Shown: positions 10,372-18,502 of the stretch, in pieces
How positions within the stretch are numbered: the stretch's first letter is position 1
How the letters are laid out: every line of letters starts with the position of its first letter
Assembly: GCA_031413035.1 (NCBI GenBank)
Contig: JANOED010000022.1
Span: 1 to 37,009 of the forward strand
Direction of reading: 5' to 3'
DNA from: Leifsonia sp.
Lineage (GTDB): Bacteria > Actinomycetota > Actinomycetes > Actinomycetales > Microbacteriaceae
DNA length: 37,009 nt
The notes under the pieces: generated by a model
What the model was told of the DNA's origin: nothing
What the model saw: only the letters and a program-made list of their open reading frames with translations
Databases searched by the model: none
Program-made: the position numbers and the translations under genes

Positions 10372-11085
10372 ATGGCACGCACCACAGACTCCAGCCCGAA
10401 GGCTCCCAAAGAACCCGGTCGCATGAAGCAGATGTACCAGGTCTTCAAGATGACCATGCGGTACGACAGCCTCGCGATTTGGTATCTGCTGGCCGCATTC
10501 CTTCTACCGATTCTTGCCGGTGTAGCGTTCGCGGTGTTGCTGTCTAGCGACAACGTGATCGGTCTGATTCTTTACATCCTCGCCGGCGTGCTGCTGGGCG
10601 TGCTGCTGTTCTTGATCGTGCTCGGCCGTCGGGCAGAGAAGGCTGCCTACTCTCAGATCCAAGGGCAACCCGGAGCCGTTGGTGCGGTTCTCAAGAGTGG
10701 GCTGCGCCGCGGATGGACTGCTAGCGAAATGCCGGTCACAGTCAGCCCCAAAACGCAGGATGCCGTCTACCGCGCAGTCGGCCGCGGCGGTGTTGCCCTC
10801 ATCGGCGAAGGTCCGCGTAGCCGCACCCAACGAATGCTCGAAGAGGAGCGTCGCAGCATCGTACGCATATTGCCCAACGTGCCGGTGAGCTTTCTCTACG
10901 TGGGCCCCGACCCAGACTCGATCCCGCTGTACAAGCTCCCCGCGAGCCTCCGCAAGTTGAAGCCAGCACTTCGCAAGCCAGAGATCCTGGCGGTGTCGAA
11001 CCGGCTCAACTCGCTCGGCAAGAACAGTCTGCCGATTCCCAAAGGCATCGACCCGATGAAGGTACGGGCGGCACGGCCGCGCTAG
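10372..11085 (+). CDS. DUF4191 family membrane protein
   Basis: Two N-terminal TM helices, GQPGA, VGRGGVALIGEG and C-terminal PIPKGIDP; usual position between lipA and glnA in Actinobacteria. Confidence 0.88.
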   Translation: MARTTDSSPKAPKEPGRMKQMYQVFKMTMRYDSLAIWYLLAAFLLPILAGVAFAVLLSSDNVIGLILYILAGVLLGVLLFLIVLGRRAEKAAYSQIQGQPGAVGAVLKSGLRRGWTASEMPVTVSPKTQDAVYRAVGRGGVALIGEGPRSRTQRMLEEERRSIVRILPNVPVSFLYVGPDPDSIPLYKLPASLRKLKPALRKPEILAVSNRLNSLGKNSLPIPKGIDPMKVRAARPR

Positions 11086-11098
11086 CTTTCTGAGACCC

Positions 11099-11121
11099 GC
11101 GCTAGTTTTTGGAACTAGCGC
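11099..11121. terminator. Candidate bidirectional terminator hairpin between convergent DUF4191 and RDD genes
   Basis: Perfect 9-bp inverted repeat GCGCTAGTT-tttgg-AACTAGCGC overlapping the RDD stop codon. Confidence 0.5.
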
Positions 11122-11519
11122 CGCACGAGAACAGTGCCGACCAATCGGTCATGCATGCCGCGCTGATCTCGGTCCCAAATGACGGCGGGGATAACCAGGC
11201 ACAAGAGCGCGGTGCGCGCGAACGGGCGCCACAGGCCGAGGTACCCACCGCCGATCGGCACCACCCTCATCCCCATGATGAGGTGGCCGGGGCTCCCGTT
11301 CACCGTCAGCAGGAACACCACCTGAACGACCGCGAAGATCGCGAGTGTGGCGAATGCGTCGTAGCTGAAGAACGCTACGGAGATCAGGATCGCAGAACCC
11401 CAGTCGATGAGGAGCGCAACGATCCGTCGTCCTAGTCGGGCGATAGAGCGAGGGCCGGTCTCGGGCAGACCGAGGCCACTGCCCGGCCAGCTCGCAGCGG
11501 ATGACGTGGGCGCTGGCAT
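11115..11519 (-). CDS. RDD family membrane protein
   Basis: RRIVALLIDW, GSPGHLIMGMRV and RGMHDRLVGTV motifs; divergent from glnA. Confidence 0.9.
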   Translation of the reverse strand: MPAPTSSAASWPGSGLGLPETGPRSIARLGRRIVALLIDWGSAILISVAFFSYDAFATLAIFAVVQVVFLLTVNGSPGHLIMGMRVVPIGGGYLGLWRPFARTALLCLVIPAVIWDRDQRGMHDRLVGTVLVRR

Positions 11520-11546
11520 GCTTCTATCCTAGAGAGGAGCCGCGTC

Positions 11547-11584
11547 GTAACACGCGCGAAACAACTGCGTGACGCTGGCGAAAC
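11547..11584 (+). promoter_or_regulatory. Tandem GlnR box upstream of glnA
   Basis: GTAAC-n6-GAAAC-n6-GTGAC-n6-GAAAC matches the actinobacterial GlnR a/b-site consensus (GTnAC-n6-GAAAC) twice; TACCCT -10 candidate follows at 11595-11600. Confidence 0.85.
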
Positions 11585-11655
11585 CGCTTGCCCATACCCT
11601 CAACCATGACCGCGTCTGCGGTCGATCAGCACCAAGCTCATTGGAGTTCCCTCAC

Positions 11656-13080
11656 ATGTTCAGTGATTCTTCTGAAGTGCTCAAGTTCATCAAGGACACA
11701 GACGTCAAGTTCCTTGATATTCGCTTCACCGACCTTCCCGGCGTGCAGCAGCACTTCAACATTCCGGCAGCCACTGTTGACGAGGAATTCTTCTCGGTTG
11801 GACAACTTTTCGACGGCTCATCGATTCGCGGTTTCGCGAACATCCACGAGTCCGACATGCAGCTGATTCCTGATGTCACAACCGCCTACGTCGACCCGTT
11901 CCGCACCGAGCGCACGCTCATCATGGTGTTCGACATCTACAACCCGCGCAATGGCGAGATCTACCCGAAAGACCCGCGCCAGGTCGCCAAGAAGGCCGAG
12001 AAGTACCTCGCCTCAACCGGCATCGCCGACACCGCATTCTTCGCACCCGAGGCCGAGTTCTACATCTTCGATGACGTGCGTTACTCGGTCAAGCAGAACC
12101 AGAGCTTCTACTCGGTCGACTCTGACGAGGGTGCGTGGAACACTGGCCGCGTTGAGGAGGGCGGAAACCTCGCCAATAAGACGCCCTACAAGGGCGGATA
12201 CTTCCCGGTCAGTCCGGTCGACAAGCAGGCCGATCTACGCGATGACATCAGCCTCAAGCTGATCGACGCGGGCCTCATCCTTGAGCGCGCGCACCACGAG
12301 GTGGGCACCGGCGGTCAGGCAGAGATCAACTACCGCTTCGACACGATGGTGCACGCGGCCGACGACATCCTGAAGTTCAAGTACATCGTCAAGAACACCG
12401 CACTCGAGTGGGGCAAGGTTGCGACCTTCATGCCGAAGCCGCTGTTCGGCGACAACGGCTCGGGCATGCACACCCACCAGTCGCTCTGGAACGACGGCAA
12501 GCCGCTGTTCTACGACGAGAAGGGCTACGGCGGCCTGAGCGACATCGCCCGCTGGTACATCGGTGGACTGCTCAAGCACGCCCCTGCTGTGCTCGCGTTC
12601 ACGAATCCGACGCTCAACTCGTTCCGTCGCCTGGTTCCCGGTTTCGAGGCTCCCGTCAACCTGGTCTACTCGGCCGGCAACCGTTCGGCGTCGATCCGCA
12701 TCCCGATCACGGGCACGAACCCCAAGGCGAAGCGCATCGAGTTCCGTGCTCCGGATGCCTCGGGCAACCCGTACCTCGCATTCGCGGCCCAGCTCATGGC
12801 TGGCCTCGACGGCATCAAGAACAAGATCGAGCCGCATGAGCCCGTGGACAAGGACCTGTACGAGCTGCCCCCCGAGGAGGCCAAGCTCATTCCGCAGGTT
12901 CCCGCGTCGCTCGCCGAGTGCCTGCTCGCCCTCGAGGCCGACCATGAGTTCCTGATGGAAGGTAACGTCTTCACTAAGGACCTGATCGAGACTTGGATCG
13001 CGTACAAGCGCGAGAAGGAGATCATTCCAGCATCGCAGCGTCCGCACCCGTTCGAGTACGAGCTGTACTTCTCGGTGTAG
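11656..13080 (+). CDS. glnA: Glutamine synthetase type I (GlnA1)
   Basis: [28 protein letters not shown] and IEFRAPD motifs plus the adenylylation Tyr in DKDLYEL; ATG 11656 after GGAG RBS. Confidence 0.98.
   Translation: MFSDSSEVLKFIKDTDVKFLDIRFTDLPGVQQHFNIPAATVDEEFFSVGQLFDGSSIRGFANIHESDMQLIPDVTTAYVDPFRTERTLIMVFDIYNPRNGEIYPKDPRQVAKKAEKYLASTGIADTAFFAPEAEFYIFDDVRYSVKQNQSFYSVDSDEGAWNTGRVEEGGNLANKTPYKGGYFPVSPVDKQADLRDDISLKLIDAGLILERAHHEVGTGGQAEINYRFDTMVHAADDILKFKYIVKNTALEWGKVATFMPKPLFGDNGSGMHTHQSLWNDGKPLFYDEKGYGGLSDIARWYIGGLLKHAPAVLAFTNPTLNSFRRLVPGFEAPVNLVYSAGNRSASIRIPITGTNPKAKRIEFRAPDASGNPYLAFAAQLMAGLDGIKNKIEPHEPVDKDLYELPPEEAKLIPQVPASLAECLLALEADHEFLMEGNVFTKDLIETWIAYKREKEIIPASQRPHPFEYELYFSV
13061..13077 (+). 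repeat. 17-bp direct repeat, copy 1 (glnA 3' end; att-like)
   Basis: AGCTGTACTTCTCGGTG, identical to 15475-15491. Confidence 0.9.
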
Positions 13081-13111
13081 CCAGGACCAGTAGCCCGCGC
13101 CACAGCACGAA

Positions 13112-13142
13112 ACGGCCGCATCCTCTCGCGGGGTGCGGCCGT
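13112..13142 (+). terminator. glnA intrinsic terminator-like hairpin
   Basis: ACGGCCGCATCC-7 nt loop-GGGTGCGGCCGT: 12-bp stem with one G-U pair, about 30 nt after the glnA stop; weak U tract. Confidence 0.7.
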
Positions 13143-13171
13143 ATTGCGTGGGTGCCGCGTGCGTACTCGCC

Positions 13172-13230
13172 TCGAGATGAGGATTCTCGGGCATCCGCAT
13201 CCCGGCGCAGCCCCAGAATCCTCATCTCGA
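13172..13230. repeat. Extragenic palindrome (REP-like)
   Basis: TCGAGATGAGGATTCT (13172-13187) and AGAATCCTCATCTCGA (13215-13230) are exact reverse complements; the stem extends inward to 21 bp with one mismatch. Confidence 0.85.
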
Positions 13231-13476
13231 AGCCGTCACTCCAAAGACGTGGGGCCTGGACGCCGGCCGGTACCGAGGTCTTTCGCGAATATCCAGCCAG
13301 CACTTGAGGATTGCGCTAGGTCCGAAACCTGCTGGACGAGCACGGTGGCTTCGGCGACATGGCCACGCCGATCAGGTGAGTGCAGTCGGCCGGACAAATA
13401 GCGTTCCGTCATGGCGACCATTGTTCAACTACGCCGGTACGGGGGCTAAACAGTCCGGCAGGCTCTCGCGTCGTGC

Positions 13477-15303
13477 CTAACCCGATTCCCGTTCCGGAGC
13501 AGCAGGCTCGCGCGCTTCAGCCGCCTCTGGATCGTGCAGCGCATTCCAGTAGGGCGTGAAGACGAGCTTGAGAGTGAGCCACCAGAGGTAGACGCTCGTA
13601 CCTGAGGAGAAAGCGGTGTCGCCGATTAGTCCATGAGCGACTTCGTTGCGAAGGTTCGGGCCGATGGGTCCACACATCAGTGCGCGAAGCTCGAACGCAA
13701 AGTCCTCCCCGAAGATGTCGACGACTCGCTCGTTCTCCATGAGTGCGGAGAGGCCGATCTCGTTCTCGTTGCCGTCGGCACCGATCACGCTCGTGCGCTC
13801 ACCGGCGTTCGCGAGGTGCAGTCGCACGAGTGCTTCGATTGCGGGCACTAGGAGGTGTAGTGCGGCTCCGAAGTCACCGCTGTACCCGTAGTGCAGACCC
13901 CGCGCAAAGACCCCCTCGTGCGTGCTCGGCACGATGGCGCTGCCAGCAGCAAGGGCTTGGAAGTCACCGATGTGAAGCCGGTGATCAGTGGATAACTGTC
14001 TCCAAGCTCTTGGAAGCACGATGCCGCCGAGGAGATTGACCCGCAGCTGATAGTGCTGGATCATCCCTTCCCAGGTCGCCGCCTTCTCCCCGTAGATCAT
14101 GGCGTCGTCGCGCGTGGGCGAGCGGTATACGGTGCGCCCGTCGGAACTCAGGGTCCGCCGGGTTGCTAAGGATGACAGGGGGGACCGCCGTTGGAGCTCC
14201 TCCGCTTCCGTCCGCGCCGCCGAAGGGCTCGCGAGGGGCTGTATTCCGGCAAAGCGCCGGACCGACTCGATTGGATCATCGCTTCGAATTGCCGCAAGCA
14301 GTCCAGCGACATGGTCGCCGAGGTCGCCGCTCTCGGTGCTGAAGACTTTCATCTGACCGATCGCCGCAGCGCCGCTCTCCCGGATCCGACGGGCAAGTTC
14401 GGTTGGCAGGTTGGCTACGCTAAGGCGCTCGCGGGCCGTGCGGGGCAGCGTACGGAGTATCTTCAGCGCCATCTCCAAGTGGATGGATGCGCGGAACGCC
14501 TCAGAAGCATCGGCCTCAGCAATCAGTCGCTGTACGATTGCGTACGTCGTTTCCTCGGCCCTCTCTGGATCGCCCGCGCGCCGGTACCACTCGGCCGCGA
14601 CCTCCAGAGTGTGCTGAGCGGCGATTGACTCGATGCCTCCAGCATGCCCAGCAAGGTGGGCCGCGATCGCCGCCGCATGCTGGCGCCCAAGCTGATGGTC
14701 GCCGAGCACCCGCGCCGCTCTGACCGCAAGTCCACCGTCGGCGGATGTTGTTGCGGCTTCGACGAGTTGGCGCTCGATCTCGTCGAGTTGTGCCGACGCA
14801 ACACCGCGGAAGCGGACACCGACAGCAAGTCCGCGGTCCCACTGCTCGGCGGCATGGGTCATCGCCTCGCTCGTCACCCCGTGGTCGGCCAGCGCCTGGA
14901 GTTGCGCGGCATGCCGAGCCGGGCGAAGCGCAGGGTCCCCAGCGATTGCGACGACGTCGAGCACGCGACTCCGGAGTATGAGGCTGGGGATGAGTTCGGC
15001 TACCGCAGCCAGCGCCGCAATGTCCTCTGTCGCGAAGTCCGCGGGAATGGGACTGCGTCGGTCGCCGAACGTCGCGAATGGACCGTACGGGTTGGTCCAG
15101 TCGTCCCCGTTCGCCATGAACCAAGCGACTGTTGCAAGGAGTCCTGCTATGTAACGGACGTCGTCGTCGATATCGGGATCATCTGCAATAGTCCGTAGAG
15201 GACTGCCCATGAGGAGCGTTCCGGCGTCATCTTTAGTGATCGCCGCCTGCAAGTGGGAGTGGCGCGCAGCAGCCTGCCAGCGAGAGTCGTTGGCAACGGT
15301 CAT
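13477..15303 (-). CDS. DUF4209-like protein with C-terminal HEPN-type RxxxxH motif (putative RNase)
   Basis: 608 aa, predicted mostly helical. C-terminal ALHLLVPAIEALVR...GPNLRNEVAHG resembles DUF4209. TAGGCT -10 (15310-15315) lies 6 nt before the ATG. Confidence 0.75.
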   Translation of the reverse strand: MTVANDSRWQAAARHSHLQAAITKDDAGTLLMGSPLRTIADDPDIDDDVRYIAGLLATVAWFMANGDDWTNPYGPFATFGDRRSPIPADFATEDIAALAAVAELIPSLILRSRVLDVVAIAGDPALRPARHAAQLQALADHGVTSEAMTHAAEQWDRGLAVGVRFRGVASAQLDEIERQLVEAATTSADGGLAVRAARVLGDHQLGRQHAAAIAAHLAGHAGGIESIAAQHTLEVAAEWYRRAGDPERAEETTYAIVQRLIAEADASEAFRASIHLEMALKILRTLPRTARERLSVANLPTELARRIRESGAAAIGQMKVFSTESGDLGDHVAGLLAAIRSDDPIESVRRFAGIQPLASPSAARTEAEELQRRSPLSSLATRRTLSSDGRTVYRSPTRDDAMIYGEKAATWEGMIQHYQLRVNLLGGIVLPRAWRQLSTDHRLHIGDFQALAAGSAIVPSTHEGVFARGLHYGYSGDFGAALHLLVPAIEALVRLHLANAGERTSVIGADGNENEIGLSALMENERVVDIFGEDFAFELRALMCGPIGPNLRNEVAHGLIGDTAFSSGTSVYLWWLTLKLVFTPYWNALHDPEAAEAREPAAPERESG

Positions 15304-15474
15304 GAGTCCAGCCTATGGGCAGCTGCCGGTTCGACAGCGGGCGTCAAACCATCGTTCTTGAAGATGCGCGCACGCCGTTCCATGCGACTTCCACCCGCGT
15401 GACACCGGCCGCGTGGCTGTGTCTGTATGACGGAACGTAGGCAAGTACGGGTACATGCACTCAACATTCCCACA

Positions 15475-15491
15475 AGCTGTACTTCTCGGTG
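15475..15491 (+). repeat. 17-bp direct repeat, copy 2 (duplicated glnA 3' end), followed by a decayed terminator copy to about 15559
   Basis: AGCTGTACTTCTCGGTG, then CAGTAGC and GTGCGGCCGT(t)TTGCG blocks matching 13088-13094 and 13133-13148. Confidence 0.88.
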
Positions 15492-15561
15492 AAAGTGGCC
15501 ACACAGCAGTAGCTCCGCTGCGACGAGGCCACATCTTTCGATTGTGCGGCCGTTTTGCGCG

Positions 15562-18483
15562 CTAGCCGCTCGTCGGTGTTGGGCGTGTAGCCAGGCCGTA
15601 GAAGCGCTTCTCGAAGACTTGGCGGGCCAGTCTCGTCGTGCGCAGGTAGTCCTCCTCGAAGGCGCTCGCGGATCCGGACGGGTACTCTAGCAGCCGCGCC
15701 ACGCCGTCGAGCTGTTTGCGGTCGGTCGGGAGCACGTCCGTCGTCTTCGCTGTCCAGAGGTTGAGTGCGGAGCGCGCCCGTGACGCGAGCATCCAGGCGT
15801 TGTGGAGCCTCGCGGCATCCACGGTCGTTACAAGGCCGTCATTCTCCGCTGCGGCCAGGGCCTTCAATGTCGAGGTCGTGCGCAGCCCCTCGACGCGAGC
15901 ACCGTGCTCAAGCTGCAGCAGCTGCACAAACCACTCAACATCACTGAGCGACCCGCGGCCGAGCTTGAGGTGCCGCGACGGGTCGGCGGCTTGGGGCAGG
16001 CGTTCAGACTCGACGCGGGCCTTGATGCGCTTGATCTCGCGCACATCTTGCTCGGCGATCGAAGCCGGATAGCGCACCTCGTTAACGAGCTGCTCCCACT
16101 CGGCGAGCACTCCGCGATCCCCCACGACCGGCCGCGCACGCAGCAACGCCTGCGCCTCCCAGGTCAGAGACCAGCGTTCGTAGTACGCGCGGTAGCTCTC
16201 CAGCGACCGCACGATCGCCCCGTTGCGGCCCTCGGGGCGTAGCCCAATGTCGAGGTCAAGCGGTACGCGCACATCCTCGGTAAGGCGGCTGAGGGTGTGC
16301 ACGATGGTTTCCGCCCGCGCCTGAGCCTCCTCATCGGATGCCCCGGCCGCCCGATACACGTAGATGACATCGGTATCCGATCCGAACCCCAACTCCGCAC
16401 CGCCGTAGCGACCCATCGCGATGATCCCGAACTCAAGGCCGTCGCCGTAGCGATGCGCGAGCGACAGCATCCCGCTTAGTGTCACGGTGGTGATGTCTGA
16501 TAGGGCGACACCGAGCTCCTCGATGGTGATGACCCCGAGGATTGTGCCGAGCGCCAAGCGGAGGATCTCGCGGCGTCTGGCCGTGCGTAGAGCGAGGGCC
16601 GCGGCATCCTCATCGCCTTCGTGACGGGCGACAGTTGCCACAGACTCCTCAAGGAGTACGCCGTAGGGTCGGGGCCTAAGTTCCGCATCGTTCTCGAGCC
16701 ACGCGGCAGCCTCGGGGATCCGCTCGAAGATCGCGCCCACGAACTTCGACCCCGACAGAACCTGCGTGATGCGCTGGGCGGCAGCGCTCGAGTCGCGAAG
16801 CATGCGCAGAAACCAATAGGCCTCGCCGAGATCCTCGCTGAGGCGGCGAAAGGCGAGTAGCCCGTAGTCAGGGTCGGCACCGTCGGCGAACCACTGGAGC
16901 ATCACCGGCAACAGGTTGCGCTGAATGATCGCGCGGCGCGACACTCCCCCGGTCAGCGCGGCGATATGGTTGAGGGCCCCGCGCGGATCGCGGAAGCCGA
17001 TTGCCGCAAGCCGTGCCTCAGCCTGCTCGCTGGACAGCACGATGCCGCCCTCGGGAAGCGCGGCCACTGCCGACAACAACGGGCGGTAGAACAGACGCTC
17101 GTGGAGACTCCTGACGGCCTGTTTAGTGCGTTGCCACTGCTCGGTGAGATCGTCGGCGCTGGCCGCGAGGCCGGTCGCCCGCGCGAGCACACGCAGAGCA
17201 TCCGGATCCGTCGGCATGAGGTGTGTCCGACGCAACCGCGATAGCTGAAGACGATGTTCCAGCAGCCTCAAGAACCGATAGTCCCGCGAGAACTCGGCAC
17301 CCTCCACCCGGCCGATATAGCCCTGCTCGGCAAGAGCCACCAGCGCAGGGAGCGTTGCCACTTGGCGCACCAATGGGTCTGACTGTCCATGAACCAACTG
17401 CAACAACTGAATCGTGAACTCGACGTCGCGCAGACCGCCCGGCCCGAGCTTCAGCTGGACATCGAGTTCGTTGGCCGGGATGTTGTCGGTGACCCGCTCG
17501 CGCATCTGCTGAACCGAGTCGACGAAGTTCTCCCGCGACGCACTCGACCAGACCTTCGGTGCCAGTGCATCGACATACCGCTGCCCTAGCTCGATGTCAC
17601 CGGCGAGCGGGCGGGCCTTCAACAGCGCCTGGAACTCCCAACTCTTGGCCCAGCGATCGTAATAGGCCAGGTGTGACTCGAGGGTTCGCACCAGAGCGCC
17701 ATCTTTGCCTTCAGGCCTCAGGTTTGCGTCAACCTCCCAGAGCCCCGGCTCCGCGGCAAGATCATGGATGCCTCGCATCGTCTGCATCGCGAGCTGCGTC
17801 GCAATGGCTACCGCCCGCTCGTCCCCGTCGGTAACGAAGATGACGTCAACGTCGGATACGTAGTTCAACTCGCGCGCACCGGCCTTGCCCATGCCGATGA
17901 TGGCCAGGCTTGTCGCGGCAACCTCGTCTTCCGGGAAACGCACCTCGGCCCGAGCAGCAGAGAGGGAGGCGTCCAAGGCCGCTCCCGCGAGGTCAGCGAG
18001 AGCTGCGGCGACCAAGGATACGGCGGTCAAGGGATCGAATTGGTCGAGGTCCCATGCAGTCAACTGAAGGAGGTGCCGGCGGTAGCGCACCCGTAGCGCG
18101 GCCCAGGCAGCCTCGCCCGAGAGTGCGGCAACGGAAGCCAGAAGGTCGGCTCCGTAGTCGTCCGGGGGCGCCGAGATCGGGGTGGCCAATGCTGCGAGCT
18201 CGGCAGGGTTGCGGGCGAGGAAGTCGGCGAGGCCCGTGGAGGCGCCGAGCACCCGGATGAGGCGCGCTGCGGCATCCTGATCGCTGATGAGTGCTTCGAC
18301 CTCGCGCGGTGCCTGGTGACGCAGGTCGAGAAGGCGGCGCAGCGCCTGATCGGGGTCGGCCGCGCTGGCGAAGACCGGCACCAACTCGGGCGCGCCCAGC
18401 AACTCGAAGCGCGCGAGCGTCTCGTCGAGTTCGGCAAAACCGAGCCGAGCGAGGTCGGTCAGCGTCGTCGGTGGCCGGGTCAT
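15562..18483 (-). CDS. glnE: Bifunctional glutamine synthetase adenylyltransferase/adenylyl-removing enzyme
   Basis: Two nucleotidyltransferase halves (GMGKAGARELNYVSDVD; AMGRYGGAELGFGSDTD), LRPEG twice, LKLGPGGLRDVEF. Confidence 0.96.
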   Translation of the reverse strand: MTRPPTTLTDLARLGFAELDETLARFELLGAPELVPVFASAADPDQALRRLLDLRHQAPREVEALISDQDAAARLIRVLGASTGLADFLARNPAELAALATPISAPPDDYGADLLASVAALSGEAAWAALRVRYRRHLLQLTAWDLDQFDPLTAVSLVAAALADLAGAALDASLSAARAEVRFPEDEVAATSLAIIGMGKAGARELNYVSDVDVIFVTDGDERAVAIATQLAMQTMRGIHDLAAEPGLWEVDANLRPEGKDGALVRTLESHLAYYDRWAKSWEFQALLKARPLAGDIELGQRYVDALAPKVWSSASRENFVDSVQQMRERVTDNIPANELDVQLKLGPGGLRDVEFTIQLLQLVHGQSDPLVRQVATLPALVALAEQGYIGRVEGAEFSRDYRFLRLLEHRLQLSRLRRTHLMPTDPDALRVLARATGLAASADDLTEQWQRTKQAVRSLHERLFYRPLLSAVAALPEGGIVLSSEQAEARLAAIGFRDPRGALNHIAALTGGVSRRAIIQRNLLPVMLQWFADGADPDYGLLAFRRLSEDLGEAYWFLRMLRDSSAAAQRITQVLSGSKFVGAIFERIPEAAAWLENDAELRPRPYGVLLEESVATVARHEGDEDAAALALRTARRREILRLALGTILGVITIEELGVALSDITTVTLSGMLSLAHRYGDGLEFGIIAMGRYGGAELGFGSDTDVIYVYRAAGASDEEAQARAETIVHTLSRLTEDVRVPLDLDIGLRPEGRNGAIVRSLESYRAYYERWSLTWEAQALLRARPVVGDRGVLAEWEQLVNEVRYPASIAEQDVREIKRIKARVESERLPQAADPSRHLKLGRGSLSDVEWFVQLLQLEHGARVEGLRTTSTLKALAAAENDGLVTTVDAARLHNAWMLASRARSALNLWTAKTTDVLPTDRKQLDGVARLLEYPSGSASAFEEDYLRTTRLARQVFEKRFYGLATRPTPTSG

Positions 18484-18502
18484 CTCACGGTACCTTCACC
18501 TG

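Larger units (their letters stand above)
13078..15491. mobile_element. Accessory islet or remnant of an element inserted at the glnA 3' end
   Basis: Bounded by a duplication of the glnA 3' end; interrupts the glnA-glnE arrangement; no integrase or transposase inside. Confidence 0.55.

Noticed and set aside
15313-15534. 73-aa ORF upstream of the DUF4209-like gene
   Set aside because: It runs through the decayed glnA-end duplicate and the -10 element, with no RBS or recognisable motif; the WPRRSG it shares with ORF 13144-13401 is not matched at the DNA level.
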